The notes beneath the pieces were generated by a model, which was not told the origin of the DNA, did no database searches, and saw nothing but the letters and a program-made list of their open reading frames with translations. Of a stretch of 64,000 bases of DNA, positions 27,948 through 36,612 are shown in pieces; the first letter of the stretch is position 1; each line of letters opens with the position of its first letter. The stretch is from NCBI GenBank assembly GCA_965223295.1, contig CBDCWC010000002.1:992001-1056000 (forward strand). Direction: 5' to 3'. Source of the DNA: Nitrospirales bacterium. Its GTDB lineage: Bacteria; Nitrospirota; Nitrospiria; Nitrospirales; UBA8639. Made by a program: the position numbers and the translations under genes.

Positions 27948-29477
27948 TTATTTAGGATTGACCGCCACAAATAGATTGTTACCCCGACGATTGACCAGAA
28001 GCACTACCAATTCATCTTTCCCAATCTTCGAGGCCACTTGTTGATATTCTTCGAGAGTTTTCACCGCACTTCGACTCACTTCTTGAATAAGATCGCCTGG
28101 CTGAATACCAGCAGCTTCCACCGCGCTTCCCGATTCGACTTTCGTCACCACCACACCCTTGGCATCTTCGGGAATACCAAACTGATTACGATTTTCAGCC
28201 GTAATGGCTCCTACAGCCAATCCGGCTAACACATTATCCAACTTCTCCATGGCGGGAGGCTTTTCTCCCGGGGCAGGAGGTGTTGCCTTAGCTAAAACCT
28301 GGTCAGACGGACGTTCTCCTAACACTAAACTGAGCGTCGTTTCCTTACCCTCCCGCAACACCTTAATGTCTTTCTGTTTCCCAACTTTTGTGCGGGCCAC
28401 GATGTTACGAAGATGATTCACATCTTTCACCGATTGGTTGTCATATTCCAAAATCACATCACCACGCTGTAGGCCAGCTTTTGCTGAAGGACCATCCTGA
28501 TGCACTTCACTAATCAGGACGCCTCCTTGCTGGCCTTCCGGTAACTGAAAGGATTGCGCCAATGCTGGGGTCAGCTCTTGAATCGCGACGCCCATCCATC
28601 CACGTACGACTTTTCCCGACTCAATCAAACTTGCCGTAATATCTTTGGCAATACTGACGGCAATGGCAAAGCCAACACCCTCCGACCCACCGGTACGAGA
28701 AAAGATTGCCGTATTGATCCCAATCAATTCACCGTTCATATTGACCAAAGCACCCCCGGAATTTCCTGGGTTGATCGCTGCATCCGTCTGAATAAAATCT
28801 TCATACTCGGTAATCCCGACGCTGCCGCGCCCTAAAGCACTGATAATCCCGAACGAAACCGAAGATTTCAGGCCGAAAGGACTGCCCAATGCAAGCACCA
28901 CATCTCCCACCCGCAGAGTGTCATAACTTCCCCACGGAATGAAAGGAAGCTCTTCATTGTCCAGCTTAACCTTGATAACGGCCAGATCGGTTTTGGGGTC
29001 AGTTCCTACAATCGTGGCAGGCATTTCCCGGCCATCAGTAAACGTGACATTAATATCACTAGCATCTTCAACCACATGGTTATTAGTCAAAATATAGCCC
29101 CGTGAATCAATCACCACACCTGAACCCGCACTCATCCCTGGCCCACCAGGTCCAGGGGGACGTCCGGGAGGTCCTCCGCCACCTGGAGGCGCTCCGCCGG
29201 GAGGTCCTCCAAATGGTCCCGGAGGTAGTTGCCGACCAGAACCGCCTCCACCTGTGACAGCCACATTTACGACGGCTGGCCCAACCTTTTCAACAATATC
29301 TGCGAATCCTTCAACAAACGCGCTTGGTACCGTGGCATGAGATTGAGCGGGAGAGAACCATCCATCGCTTCCCAGTCCACCTATTGGCCCTAGACCAAGG
29401 AGGAAGAACATGAATCCCCCAAAGGGCGCAAGCCATGACTGCCGTGTCGAGCCTGAAAACATCCGTGACATGTGCAT
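27948..29477 (-). CDS. DegP/DegQ (Do-family) serine protease with two PDZ domains
   Basis: LTNNHVV, DPKTDLAV, IQTDAAINPGNSGGAL; Pro/Gly-rich linker; two PDZ domains. Confidence 0.95.
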   Translation of the reverse strand: MHMSRMFSGSTRQSWLAPFGGFMFFLLGLGPIGGLGSDGWFSPAQSHATVPSAFVEGFADIVEKVGPAVVNVAVTGGGGSGRQLPPGPFGGPPGGAPPGGGGPPGRPPGPGGPGMSAGSGVVIDSRGYILTNNHVVEDASDINVTFTDGREMPATIVGTDPKTDLAVIKVKLDNEELPFIPWGSYDTLRVGDVVLALGSPFGLKSSVSFGIISALGRGSVGITEYEDFIQTDAAINPGNSGGALVNMNGELIGINTAIFSRTGGSEGVGFAIAVSIAKDITASLIESGKVVRGWMGVAIQELTPALAQSFQLPEGQQGGVLISEVHQDGPSAKAGLQRGDVILEYDNQSVKDVNHLRNIVARTKVGKQKDIKVLREGKETTLSLVLGERPSDQVLAKATPPAPGEKPPAMEKLDNVLAGLAVGAITAENRNQFGIPEDAKGVVVTKVESGSAVEAAGIQPGDLIQEVSRSAVKTLEEYQQVASKIGKDELVVLLVNRRGNNLFVAVNPK

Positions 29478-29729
29478 TATCTCAATCTCCTGTTTTGAGA
29501 AAAATGTAATTGAACGAGAATCTCAAACAAATCGTTCAAGAATTCATAACCCTGTCTATCTTGGTCCTCACTCGAAGGCAAAAAACCGAAAAAAGGCACA
29601 AGTTCTTGATTCTACAATAATTGTTTCTCTACCTTCAAAGTCAAATCATGCCTTTTTTAAGTCAGAATGAAGATTCTAGCAGCCAGTAGAGATAGGGAGG
29701 TACACAGGATGTACAAATGGGACTCAGAT

Positions 29730-29957
29730 GGGCCTCGTAAAAAAAGCCGCCAGCAGCGTTCCCTGCCTTCGCCGGAGCGGCTTCGCGCAGGCAGGTCGCC
29801 ATTGTTCCGTGCTCACGTAGGACCAGTACGCTCCGCGCGCAAGAATGGTGGCTGTGGCCTTGCTGGACGACATTTTTGAATGGCCCCAATGTTGTTGATG
29901 GCAAACCGCTTTCGGGCGAAATATGGCCCTTGATATCTTCATTACTCAACCACTCCC
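29730..29957 (-). mobile_element. MITE-like element, family B copy 3 (with nested 34-bp hairpin)
   Basis: Colinear with the 23480 copy; flanks CAGAT / AAGAT. Confidence 0.82.
29762..29795. repeat. 34-bp REP-like hairpin nested in a family B element
   Basis: CCTGCCTTCGCCGGAGCGGCTTCGCGCAGGCAGG at the same position as 23512-23545. Confidence 0.8.
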
Positions 29958-30173
29958 AAGATAGGCTTTGACAAGGCAAATCACGCCCACTAGAGAGTTC
30001 TAAAGACGAGACCGGCAAACCTATTTCATCAATCAAAAGTGCAAAAAATATCGGAAAACCTGAGACATGTAAAAAATCCTGAACCTGTTTTAAATAAGAT
30101 AAACAGCACTCAAGAAGGTTGAGACAGAGGAGAAAGAAGTACGTACTGGGGAGATAGATTGTGTAGCGGGCCG

Positions 30174-30524
30174 CTACTCAAGAATATCCAATAACGAACC
30201 CAAAGCTTGTTCTTGTAATCGGATGCTGGCCACATTAGCTTCAACAAGATTCGATGCGCCTAAAGTATTGATGAGCTCTTCCTCTAAAGCCACGTTAGAA
30301 CCTTGCTGGAAGGCAAACGGATCTTCACCAGTGGCAAATTGTACTCCTGGACGCGTGTCAGTACTCAAAGACACCAGCACACCCCCTGAAGCTGACTCTT
30401 CAAGGTTGGCGTGAGTACGCTTAAAATTCTCAGTCTGAGCATTCGCAACATTGTGCGAACTCACTCCAAGAATGCGACTGCCAGCTTGGATGCCTGATAC
30501 GGCTGGAGCAAATCCTGAAAACAC
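30174..30524 (-). CDS. Small flagellar basal-body rod/hook-type domain protein (FlgB/FlgC-like), orphan
   Basis: SG...SSHNVANAQT..FK N-terminal motif; SNV.LEEE...AN...I...LGSLLDI C-terminal motif. Confidence 0.8.
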   Translation of the reverse strand: MFSGFAPAVSGIQAGSRILGVSSHNVANAQTENFKRTHANLEESASGGVLVSLSTDTRPGVQFATGEDPFAFQQGSNVALEEELINTLGASNLVEANVASIRLQEQALGSLLDILE

Positions 30525-30571
30525 GAGAGTCGATCCTTTCTACGAATAAAAAATCTGATTGCCTGTTCTAC

Positions 30572-30598
30572 GTATCGACACATTCCTCAAAAACTTTC
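30572..30598 (-). promoter_or_regulatory. Sigma-28 (FliA)-like promoter
   Basis: Minus strand GAAAGTTT-N11-GTCGATAC versus consensus TAAAGTTT-N11-GCCGATAA, about 48 bp upstream of the flagellar-like gene. Confidence 0.6.
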
Positions 30599-30744
30599 CA
30601 AGGGCATTTTATCCAAAGACATTTCTGTCATGATACGGATGTTTCAAACATTCTATGTTTACCTGCTGAAGGGTATCAATCATTCTGTTACTATTCAGAT
30701 CGTTTTATCATCTTAGTGACAAGAAATGCCTACGCGAGGAGAAT

Positions 30745-31701
30745 ATGCGAGGGTTAATCCGCGAACAAAGCCTAGACCTCAAATCTGACTGTCCAAAACC
30801 AAAAGCCAAACCTGGAGAAGCCATCATTCAAGTCTTACAAGCTGGGATCTGCTCGACAGACCTACATATTGTAAAGGGCTACATGGATTTCCAGGGGATC
30901 TTAGGGCATGAGTTTGTAGGAGTGGTTGAACAGGCCTCGAATCAGTCTTCCCTTGTCGGGCAACGCGTGGTTGGAGAAATCAATGCCGCATGCCGAACGT
31001 GTTCGACCTGCAGGGACGGACGTCCTACCCATTGTCCACACCGCACCACTTTAGGAATTTATGGACGAGACGGAGCCTTTGCAGATTTCCTTAGCCTCCC
31101 TATTGAGAATTTATTCGTCCTACCGGATTCCGTTGCCACAGAACATGCCGTATTTATTGAACCATTGGCCGCAGCCTGTGAAATCCCAGAACTAATTTTG
31201 ATTAAACCAACAGACCGAATTATCGTGATTGGTGATGGAAAGTTGGGGCTACTATGTGCACAAGTCTTAGCATTACAAGGTTGTGAAATCACACTGTTAG
31301 GAAGGCATCCGAAGCAGCTTGATTGGCTCAGTTCAAAAGGTATTGCAGTCACCTCAGAGGCCCAAGATGTTTCGGTCGATGCAGATGTTGTTGTCGAAGC
31401 CACGGGTAGTCCTGAAGGCCTCGCCACAGCGACAAAACTTGTTCGTCCCCGTGGCACCATCGTGCTGAAATCCACCTATCATGGGCAGGTCTCGGTCAAT
31501 ATGACCGACTTAGTCATCAATGAAATTTCAATCATCGGTTCGCGTTGCGGCCCGTTTGCACCAGCGCTTCGCTTATTAGCTGGGGAAAAAGTACAAGTCG
31601 AGCCGCTCGTTCATAGCCGATTTTCATTAACCGATGGAGTGAAAGCCATGGAACAAGCTGCTCAACCTGGAACGTTAAAAGTGCTCCTCAATATGACATA
31701 G
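30745..31701 (+). CDS. Zn-dependent medium-chain dehydrogenase
   Basis: AGICSTDL, LGHEFVG, CxxCxxC..C, IGDGKLG, GSRCGPF. Confidence 0.92.
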   Translation: MRGLIREQSLDLKSDCPKPKAKPGEAIIQVLQAGICSTDLHIVKGYMDFQGILGHEFVGVVEQASNQSSLVGQRVVGEINAACRTCSTCRDGRPTHCPHRTTLGIYGRDGAFADFLSLPIENLFVLPDSVATEHAVFIEPLAAACEIPELILIKPTDRIIVIGDGKLGLLCAQVLALQGCEITLLGRHPKQLDWLSSKGIAVTSEAQDVSVDADVVVEATGSPEGLATATKLVRPRGTIVLKSTYHGQVSVNMTDLVINEISIIGSRCGPFAPALRLLAGEKVQVEPLVHSRFSLTDGVKAMEQAAQPGTLKVLLNMT

Positions 31702-31785
31702 GGCCTAGACGTCAACTTTTTCATATCACCCTTCTAGTCCCATGCCCAAAGCTTTGGTATGATGCGTGTGCCTGTTGAGTCTCGA

Positions 31786-31861
31786 GCTGGCGTAGCTCAG
31801 TCGGTAGAGCAGCGGTTTTGTAAACCGCCGGTCGGAGGTTCGATTCCTCTCGCCAGCTCCA
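31786..31861 (+). tRNA. tRNA-Thr(UGU)
   Basis: Acceptor stem GCTGGCG/CGCCAGC, D arm GCTC-AGTCGGTA-GAGC, anticodon arm GCGGT-TTTGTAA-ACCGC, TTCGA T-loop, encoded CCA. Confidence 0.97.
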
Positions 31862-32056
31862 TTTTTAACCCCTATTCAATAACAGAACAGCTTCAGACAC
31901 CGAAGATAGAAGATTCACATCCCCATCAATCTTCGTAGCTCCCTTTCCTTCACTCTACAAACCAAACACGCGAAGAGCTCCTTTCCTATTTTCCATCGTT
32001 AGCTCACCCACTGTCACACTCCATTCCTGAATCTGCTCCAAAAGTTTTTCTTAATA

Positions 32057-32322
32057 TCTAGATATCTAGAGTCTCTACTCCCCCTTCCTCTATCTAGATC
32101 AAGCTAGTCGCTCTGCATAAATTTTTTTGGAAAATTTTGAGCCGAACCGAGAGTAACGAGCACAAAAATTTACTAGTCTAGACTAAAAGCGAAGGAAATC
32201 TAGATTAAGATGATCGAAATTTCTCCGGACAAAAAAAGAATTGGTTGACTCTGCAAGGTTTGAGAATTTTTGGCGAAACTGAAAAGAATGGCGTGAATCT
32301 CTAGAGTGAAATTCGGTCTAGA
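32057..32322. other. Non-coding TCTAGA/CTAG-dense segment with A/T tracts, function unknown
   Basis: TCTAGA at 32057, 32065, 32093, 32177, 32199, 32300, 32317 plus CTAG at 32104 and 32173. Confidence 0.7.
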
Positions 32323-32369
32323 ACTCTCGACTAAATTTTCGTAATCAAAACGAAGAAGACGCTCAACAA

Positions 32370-32582
32370 ATGCTGAAAAACCTGACACTAACGATCCTTT
32401 TAGTCACGACTGTCGGGTGTGGCACCCAGATGAGCTCACAACACAGTGACCCTAGACCACACAGACCAGAGTTTTTGCGGCCCCCTCAAAAGGCCTCAGA
32501 CACCGAACCTCTCTTGCGGTATGCACCCTATCCGCTCTATCCCGTCGACGAAAATTATACGGTCTATGGACGCTATCAATGA
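32370..32582 (+). CDS. Possible small lipoprotein
   Basis: MLKNLTLTILLVTTVGC lipobox-like signal; 70 aa. Confidence 0.45.
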   Translation: MLKNLTLTILLVTTVGCGTQMSSQHSDPRPHRPEFLRPPQKASDTEPLLRYAPYPLYPVDENYTVYGRYQ

Positions 32583-32923
32583 ATCTCTAGACCACCACCG
32601 ACCGATTCTCCAGAAGGAATCGAGCCAAAACGAAAAGCTTGCTCAGTAACCATTGAGTTTACCTGGCAAACCATAGAACTTCCTAAGAATAGTTATCTCA
32701 TCTACTGCTACAACGTTCTTTTCCTTCCCTTGGATTATCGCCAAAAGGAAGAAAGCTCTTAATCTTTCCCCTTACCTTCATAAATCACTGAGACCAAATC
32801 TGATTCGCCACCTCCTGCATGCCCCTATACGAGTAAAACGTACCTTTACATAAATTCATCAACTTCTGTACTGTATTTTCATGCCGGTTGTTTAATATTT
32901 CCTAAATAAGAGGAGAGTCCTCT

Positions 32924-33264
32924 ATGCTTTATACAATTCTCAGTACAGTCAAAATCGCTACTCTTCCAGTGCTTATTGTTCTTATGACTGGAGGCTTATC
33001 TGAACATGCCCATGCCTGGTTCCCCGAGTCGACTATGGAGACAGATATTTTGATGACTCTCGATACTCTAGAACCATTCGATGATGAAGCTGAATGTTTA
33101 ATAATTTCTTGAATGTCTTTATCGCTGCCTACATTGCCACCGAGGGCAATATGGAGATTATAGTCTTAGACCCCAATACCATTTGCATCTCAGTTCCAGG
33201 TAATCGCGAGGAATGTTTTAGTAATGAAACCCTCTCCACCCTCTCCCTGAATCACTCATTCTGA
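32924..33264 (+). pseudogene. Exported protein, possibly frameshifted near 33093
   Basis: AGGAG RBS and signal peptide (..EHAHA); 62-aa ORF ends at 33112, but a shifted frame continues FNNFLNVFIAAYIATEG... to TGA 33262-64. Confidence 0.35.
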
Positions 33265-33462
33265 ATGCTAATCCAAGCAGATGGCCTATACCACACTAAA
33301 CCCAATAGATGTGATTCTAGCGCTACACGAGGTTTTCTATAGACCGCTAAAATGCCTCCGACAGAAGTACAACCTAGATCTTCTAGCTTCAGCCTTAGGC
33401 AATTGATCCACAGTGCAGGAAAACGCCTTGCCATGTTACGCGCATAAAGGCACGATAGTCAC

Positions 33463-33691
33463 ATGCCCAAAATGATTCAACTGGCATATGTGACAGACAA
33501 ATTACAGCTAACACTCAAGGCGCGAGCCATCTTGGAAGGACTCGCGCGCCGAATATCTGTTAGGACATAGTCAAGAGTTAGCCGAACGTCCAACCCTCAT
33601 CGAAATGCGCGAACACCTTCGTCATCGAGAATCTGCAGAGGGAACCTTCTCGCCAACTGAGATTCTCCGACAGGAACAGCAACAACGGTGA
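33463..33691 (+). pseudogene. Frameshifted FitA/VapB-like ribbon-helix-helix antitoxin
   Basis: MPKMIQLAYVTDKLQLTLKARAILEG then, in a shifted frame, EYLLGHSQELAERPTLIEMREHLRHRE...SPTEILRQEQQQR*; the stop overlaps the next GTG (GTGA). Confidence 0.75.
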
Positions 33692-34214
33692 TCGTCTTGG
33701 ACATTTCAGCCAGGCTGGAGCAACTGTTGGACACCCAAAAGAGCAGCTCGTCTGTGAACGTTATCTGATAGAAGACGAATCATTTCACGTCCCTCACCTC
33801 TTCGATGTGAAAATCGTTCAAATTCTTCGACGCTATGCCCATCAGAACTTGCTCGCCAAATGACGTATCATAGAAACCCGCAAAGATTTCCGAGACTTTC
33901 CACTCATCCCGTATTCTTATGGGCACCTCTAAAAGCTGATGTTTTTTGAGGGCAAGGAAGCGGCGCACGGAAAACCGCAGTGTATGGGCCAATACATGAG
34001 GATTTGAGTACGCCGCTGACGCCGCCATCGGGAAAAAGGACGGTTTTTAGAAGTGTCCTTATGATCTTTTCCTTTCACGCATTTGGCCGTTGCGAGATAA
34101 TTGCACGGCCTATGATGCCGTAGATGTGACCTTAGCCGAGACATTCAATATTCCCTTTGTGACTGTGATACATGGTTTGCCACTGCTTCTGGTCATTCTG
34201 CCAATTTGTTCTGA
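33688..34214 (+). pseudogene. VapC PIN-domain toxin pseudogene interrupted by a MITE
   Basis: Pieces MIVLDISA..., HVPHLFDVKIVQILRRY, DFPLIPYSY|DLFLSRIWPLRDNCTAYDAVDVTLAE, CD...A.ASGH; frameshifts and a TGA at 33861. Confidence 0.8.
33921..34058 (+). mobile_element. MITE-like palindromic element, family A copy 2 (138 bp)
   Basis: GGGCACCTCTAAAAGCTG / CGGTTTTTAGAAGTGTCC; TTAT on both flanks; removing it rejoins the vapC frame. Confidence 0.88.
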
Positions 34215-34407
34215 TATAATATTCATTCATTGATACTGTTGAACGCACATACAAAGAAAAATGGATCCTGAACAATGAATGGTTAACTTCCGTTCTACAA
34301 TCTCATCCAGGCAATCATCTACTTTTCACACAATTCGTGGACACGGCCAAACCGCTCAAACGTTCCCAATCACATTGTTCATTCATTAACGATAGCAAGG
34401 AGTGAGT

Positions 34408-36171
34408 ATGTCATCCACGTTGCCATCATGGAACTTGAAACATTTGTTGCGTGATCCGCAAAAGGACTCTCAGCAAATCGAGAAGGAGTTAGAGTCAAGA
34501 ATTTCATCTCTTGAAAAGCACCGTGGTCGTCTGACTTCTTCCATAACACCTCAAGTATTTCGACGAATATTGCAGCAGATCGAAGACATAACCGAACACA
34601 TGAATGTTCTTGGAGCTTTCGCTTTTTTATGGTTTGCTGAAAATACAAAAAATCAAACCGCCAGAGCCTTTGAACATCAAATCCAAAACCGCCTCGCTCA
34701 ATTTTCTCCACGACTGTTGTTTTTTGACTTGTGGTGGCAGAGCCTCCCATCCAAGCACCTGAAACGCCTTTCGAGAACAGCCCCACGTTATCGGTATTAT
34801 CTGGAGACTCTCACCCGATTCAACCCTCATACGCTGACTGAATCAGAAGAACGTATCGTGACCATGAAGAATACGACTGGCCGACAGGCTCTTGAAGCCT
34901 TATACGGCGTCGCAACGAATACTATGAAGTTTCCACTGAAATATCAAAGCCGCACCAAGCAACTCACTCGTGAGCAACTCATGAGCTATGTTCGTCATCC
35001 CTTGCCTGCGGTCCGGCGCGACGCCTATCAGTCTTTATTTAAAGTGTATGGGGCACAGCGAGATATCTTAGGAGATCTGTATAAACATCTCGTACAAGAT
35101 TGGGGAAATGAGGGTCAGCAATTACGTCACTATGCGTCACCGATAGCCGTCCGCAATATGGCCAATGACATCCACGACCAAGCCGTGGATGCGTTGCTCA
35201 CCACTTGTCGAAAGAATGTCGGCATCTTCCAAGAGTATTTCCGCCTCAAAAAGCGCCTCCTGAAACTTAAAACATTTCATCGCTACGATCTGTATGCTCC
35301 CTACGGCGCGAAATCACGTCGCTATACATTTTCTCGTGCCCAAAACATGGTCATGGAATCCTATCAGAATTTCTGTCCGACTCTGGCCGAACTAGCGTCT
35401 CGTGTGATTGACGAGCATCATCTTGATGCGGCCATCCGTCCAGGGAAAATGGGTGGAGCGTTTTGTTATAGCGTCAAACCCAAGCAAACGCCATATGTGT
35501 TAGTGAATTTCACGGGAGAAGCGCGCGATGTCTCAACTCTAGCCCATGAGTTGGGACATGCCATGCATGCAATGCTGGCGGAGGCTCATCCCGCCTTGAC
35601 GTTCCATTCCGCCCTGCCTTTAGCCGAGACAGCGTCGATTTTTGGAGAACAATTGCTCTCAGATTCTTTACTGGCTCAAGAACGGAACCCGCACACAAAA
35701 GTCAGTCTTTTGCTGAGCCAACTCGACGATGCCTATGCCACCATTCTCCGTCAGGCCTATTTTGTACAATTTGAACGTGAGGCTCATCGTCGTATCCAAA
35801 CCGGAGCGACAATTGACGAGCTGGCTGAAACGTATCTGAAGCTACTCCGTGAGCAATTTGGGCAAGCAGTGAAGGTTGGTGAGGAATTTCGTTGGGAGTG
35901 GCTCGCCATCCCGCATATTTTTGCCAGTCCGTTTTATTGCTATGCCTACAGTTTTGGGAATTTACTTGTCTTGTCGTTGTTTCAACAATACAAAAAGGAA
36001 GGAAATCCATTTATCCCACGCTATCTTGAGCTACTAGCGGGAGGAGGATCAGCCAGTTCGCAAACTTTGCTGGCTCCTCTCAAGGTCGATGTGAATTCAC
36101 GGAAATTCTGGGAAGGAGGGTTTACCCGCATTCACGCTTTGGTAAATGAGCTTGAGCAGAATATGCCGTAA
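34408..36171 (+). CDS. Oligoendopeptidase F (M3B)
   Basis: GKMGGAFC, TLAHELGHAMH, LAETAS.FGE, IPHIF.SPFYCYAYSFG. Confidence 0.95.
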   Translation: MSSTLPSWNLKHLLRDPQKDSQQIEKELESRISSLEKHRGRLTSSITPQVFRRILQQIEDITEHMNVLGAFAFLWFAENTKNQTARAFEHQIQNRLAQFSPRLLFFDLWWQSLPSKHLKRLSRTAPRYRYYLETLTRFNPHTLTESEERIVTMKNTTGRQALEALYGVATNTMKFPLKYQSRTKQLTREQLMSYVRHPLPAVRRDAYQSLFKVYGAQRDILGDLYKHLVQDWGNEGQQLRHYASPIAVRNMANDIHDQAVDALLTTCRKNVGIFQEYFRLKKRLLKLKTFHRYDLYAPYGAKSRRYTFSRAQNMVMESYQNFCPTLAELASRVIDEHHLDAAIRPGKMGGAFCYSVKPKQTPYVLVNFTGEARDVSTLAHELGHAMHAMLAEAHPALTFHSALPLAETASIFGEQLLSDSLLAQERNPHTKVSLLLSQLDDAYATILRQAYFVQFEREAHRRIQTGATIDELAETYLKLLREQFGQAVKVGEEFRWEWLAIPHIFASPFYCYAYSFGNLLVLSLFQQYKKEGNPFIPRYLELLAGGGSASSQTLLAPLKVDVNSRKFWEGGFTRIHALVNELEQNMP

Positions 36172-36177
36172 GACTTG

Positions 36178-36612
36178 TTACATGATTCCCGCTTGACGTT
36201 GGAGCCAGCGGACATATCCAATAATCTGCGTCACATCTTCCTGGGTCGCGCCTTTAATTTTTGGCATGTTGCCGAATTTCCAATGATGGGCCCGCACCCC
36301 TTGGGCTGCTGCCCGTTGAAAGGCCATGTCCGCATGATGACTGGGCTCATAAATTTTATGGACCAGTGGTGGCCCATTGTTCGTGCCGCGTCCTTGAGCA
36401 CCATGACAGCGTGAACAGAAGTTATTGAATTTTAACTCTCCTTCTGCAAATTCGTCCGGAACGGACGTCTCAACAGAGGCCGACTGAATAGCTGACGAGG
36501 GTGCTAGAGTACTTTGAGCATTGGAACCACTTTCAGAACAACCTGATAGGAACAGCCATGCCAGACAGAGAATGATGGCCATAGTAAGCTGCGATCCTGT
36601 CCAAGGCGTCAT
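36178..36612 (-). CDS. Monoheme cytochrome c (lipoprotein-like)
   Basis: LSGC lipobox, CSRCH, GPPLVHKIYEPSHH, AHHWKFGNMP; ATG overlaps the queC stop (ATGA). Confidence 0.9.
   Translation of the reverse strand: MTPWTGSQLTMAIILCLAWLFLSGCSESGSNAQSTLAPSSAIQSASVETSVPDEFAEGELKFNNFCSRCHGAQGRGTNNGPPLVHKIYEPSHHADMAFQRAAAQGVRAHHWKFGNMPKIKGATQEDVTQIIGYVRWLQRQAGIM

Noticed and set aside
29130-29252. GGA/CC-rich quasi-repeats in degP
   Set aside because: Explained by a Pro/Gly low-complexity linker in the protein
30639-30651. ATGTTTCAAACAT palindrome as a parS site
   Set aside because: Lacks the central CACGTG of the 16-bp TGTTTCACGTGAAACA consensus
32057-32322. Firm oriC call for the CTAG cluster
   Set aside because: No cluster of TTATCCACA-type boxes, no dnaA/dnaN nearby, and no evident skew switch by eye; kept only as a hypothesis
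33780-34144. Minus-strand ORFs 33780-34028 and 33929-34144
   Set aside because: Antisense to the vapC pseudogene and MITE A2
31862-34400. Prophage or integrative element at tRNA-Thr
   Set aside because: No integrase, phage genes or duplicated tRNA 3' end (att site) seen
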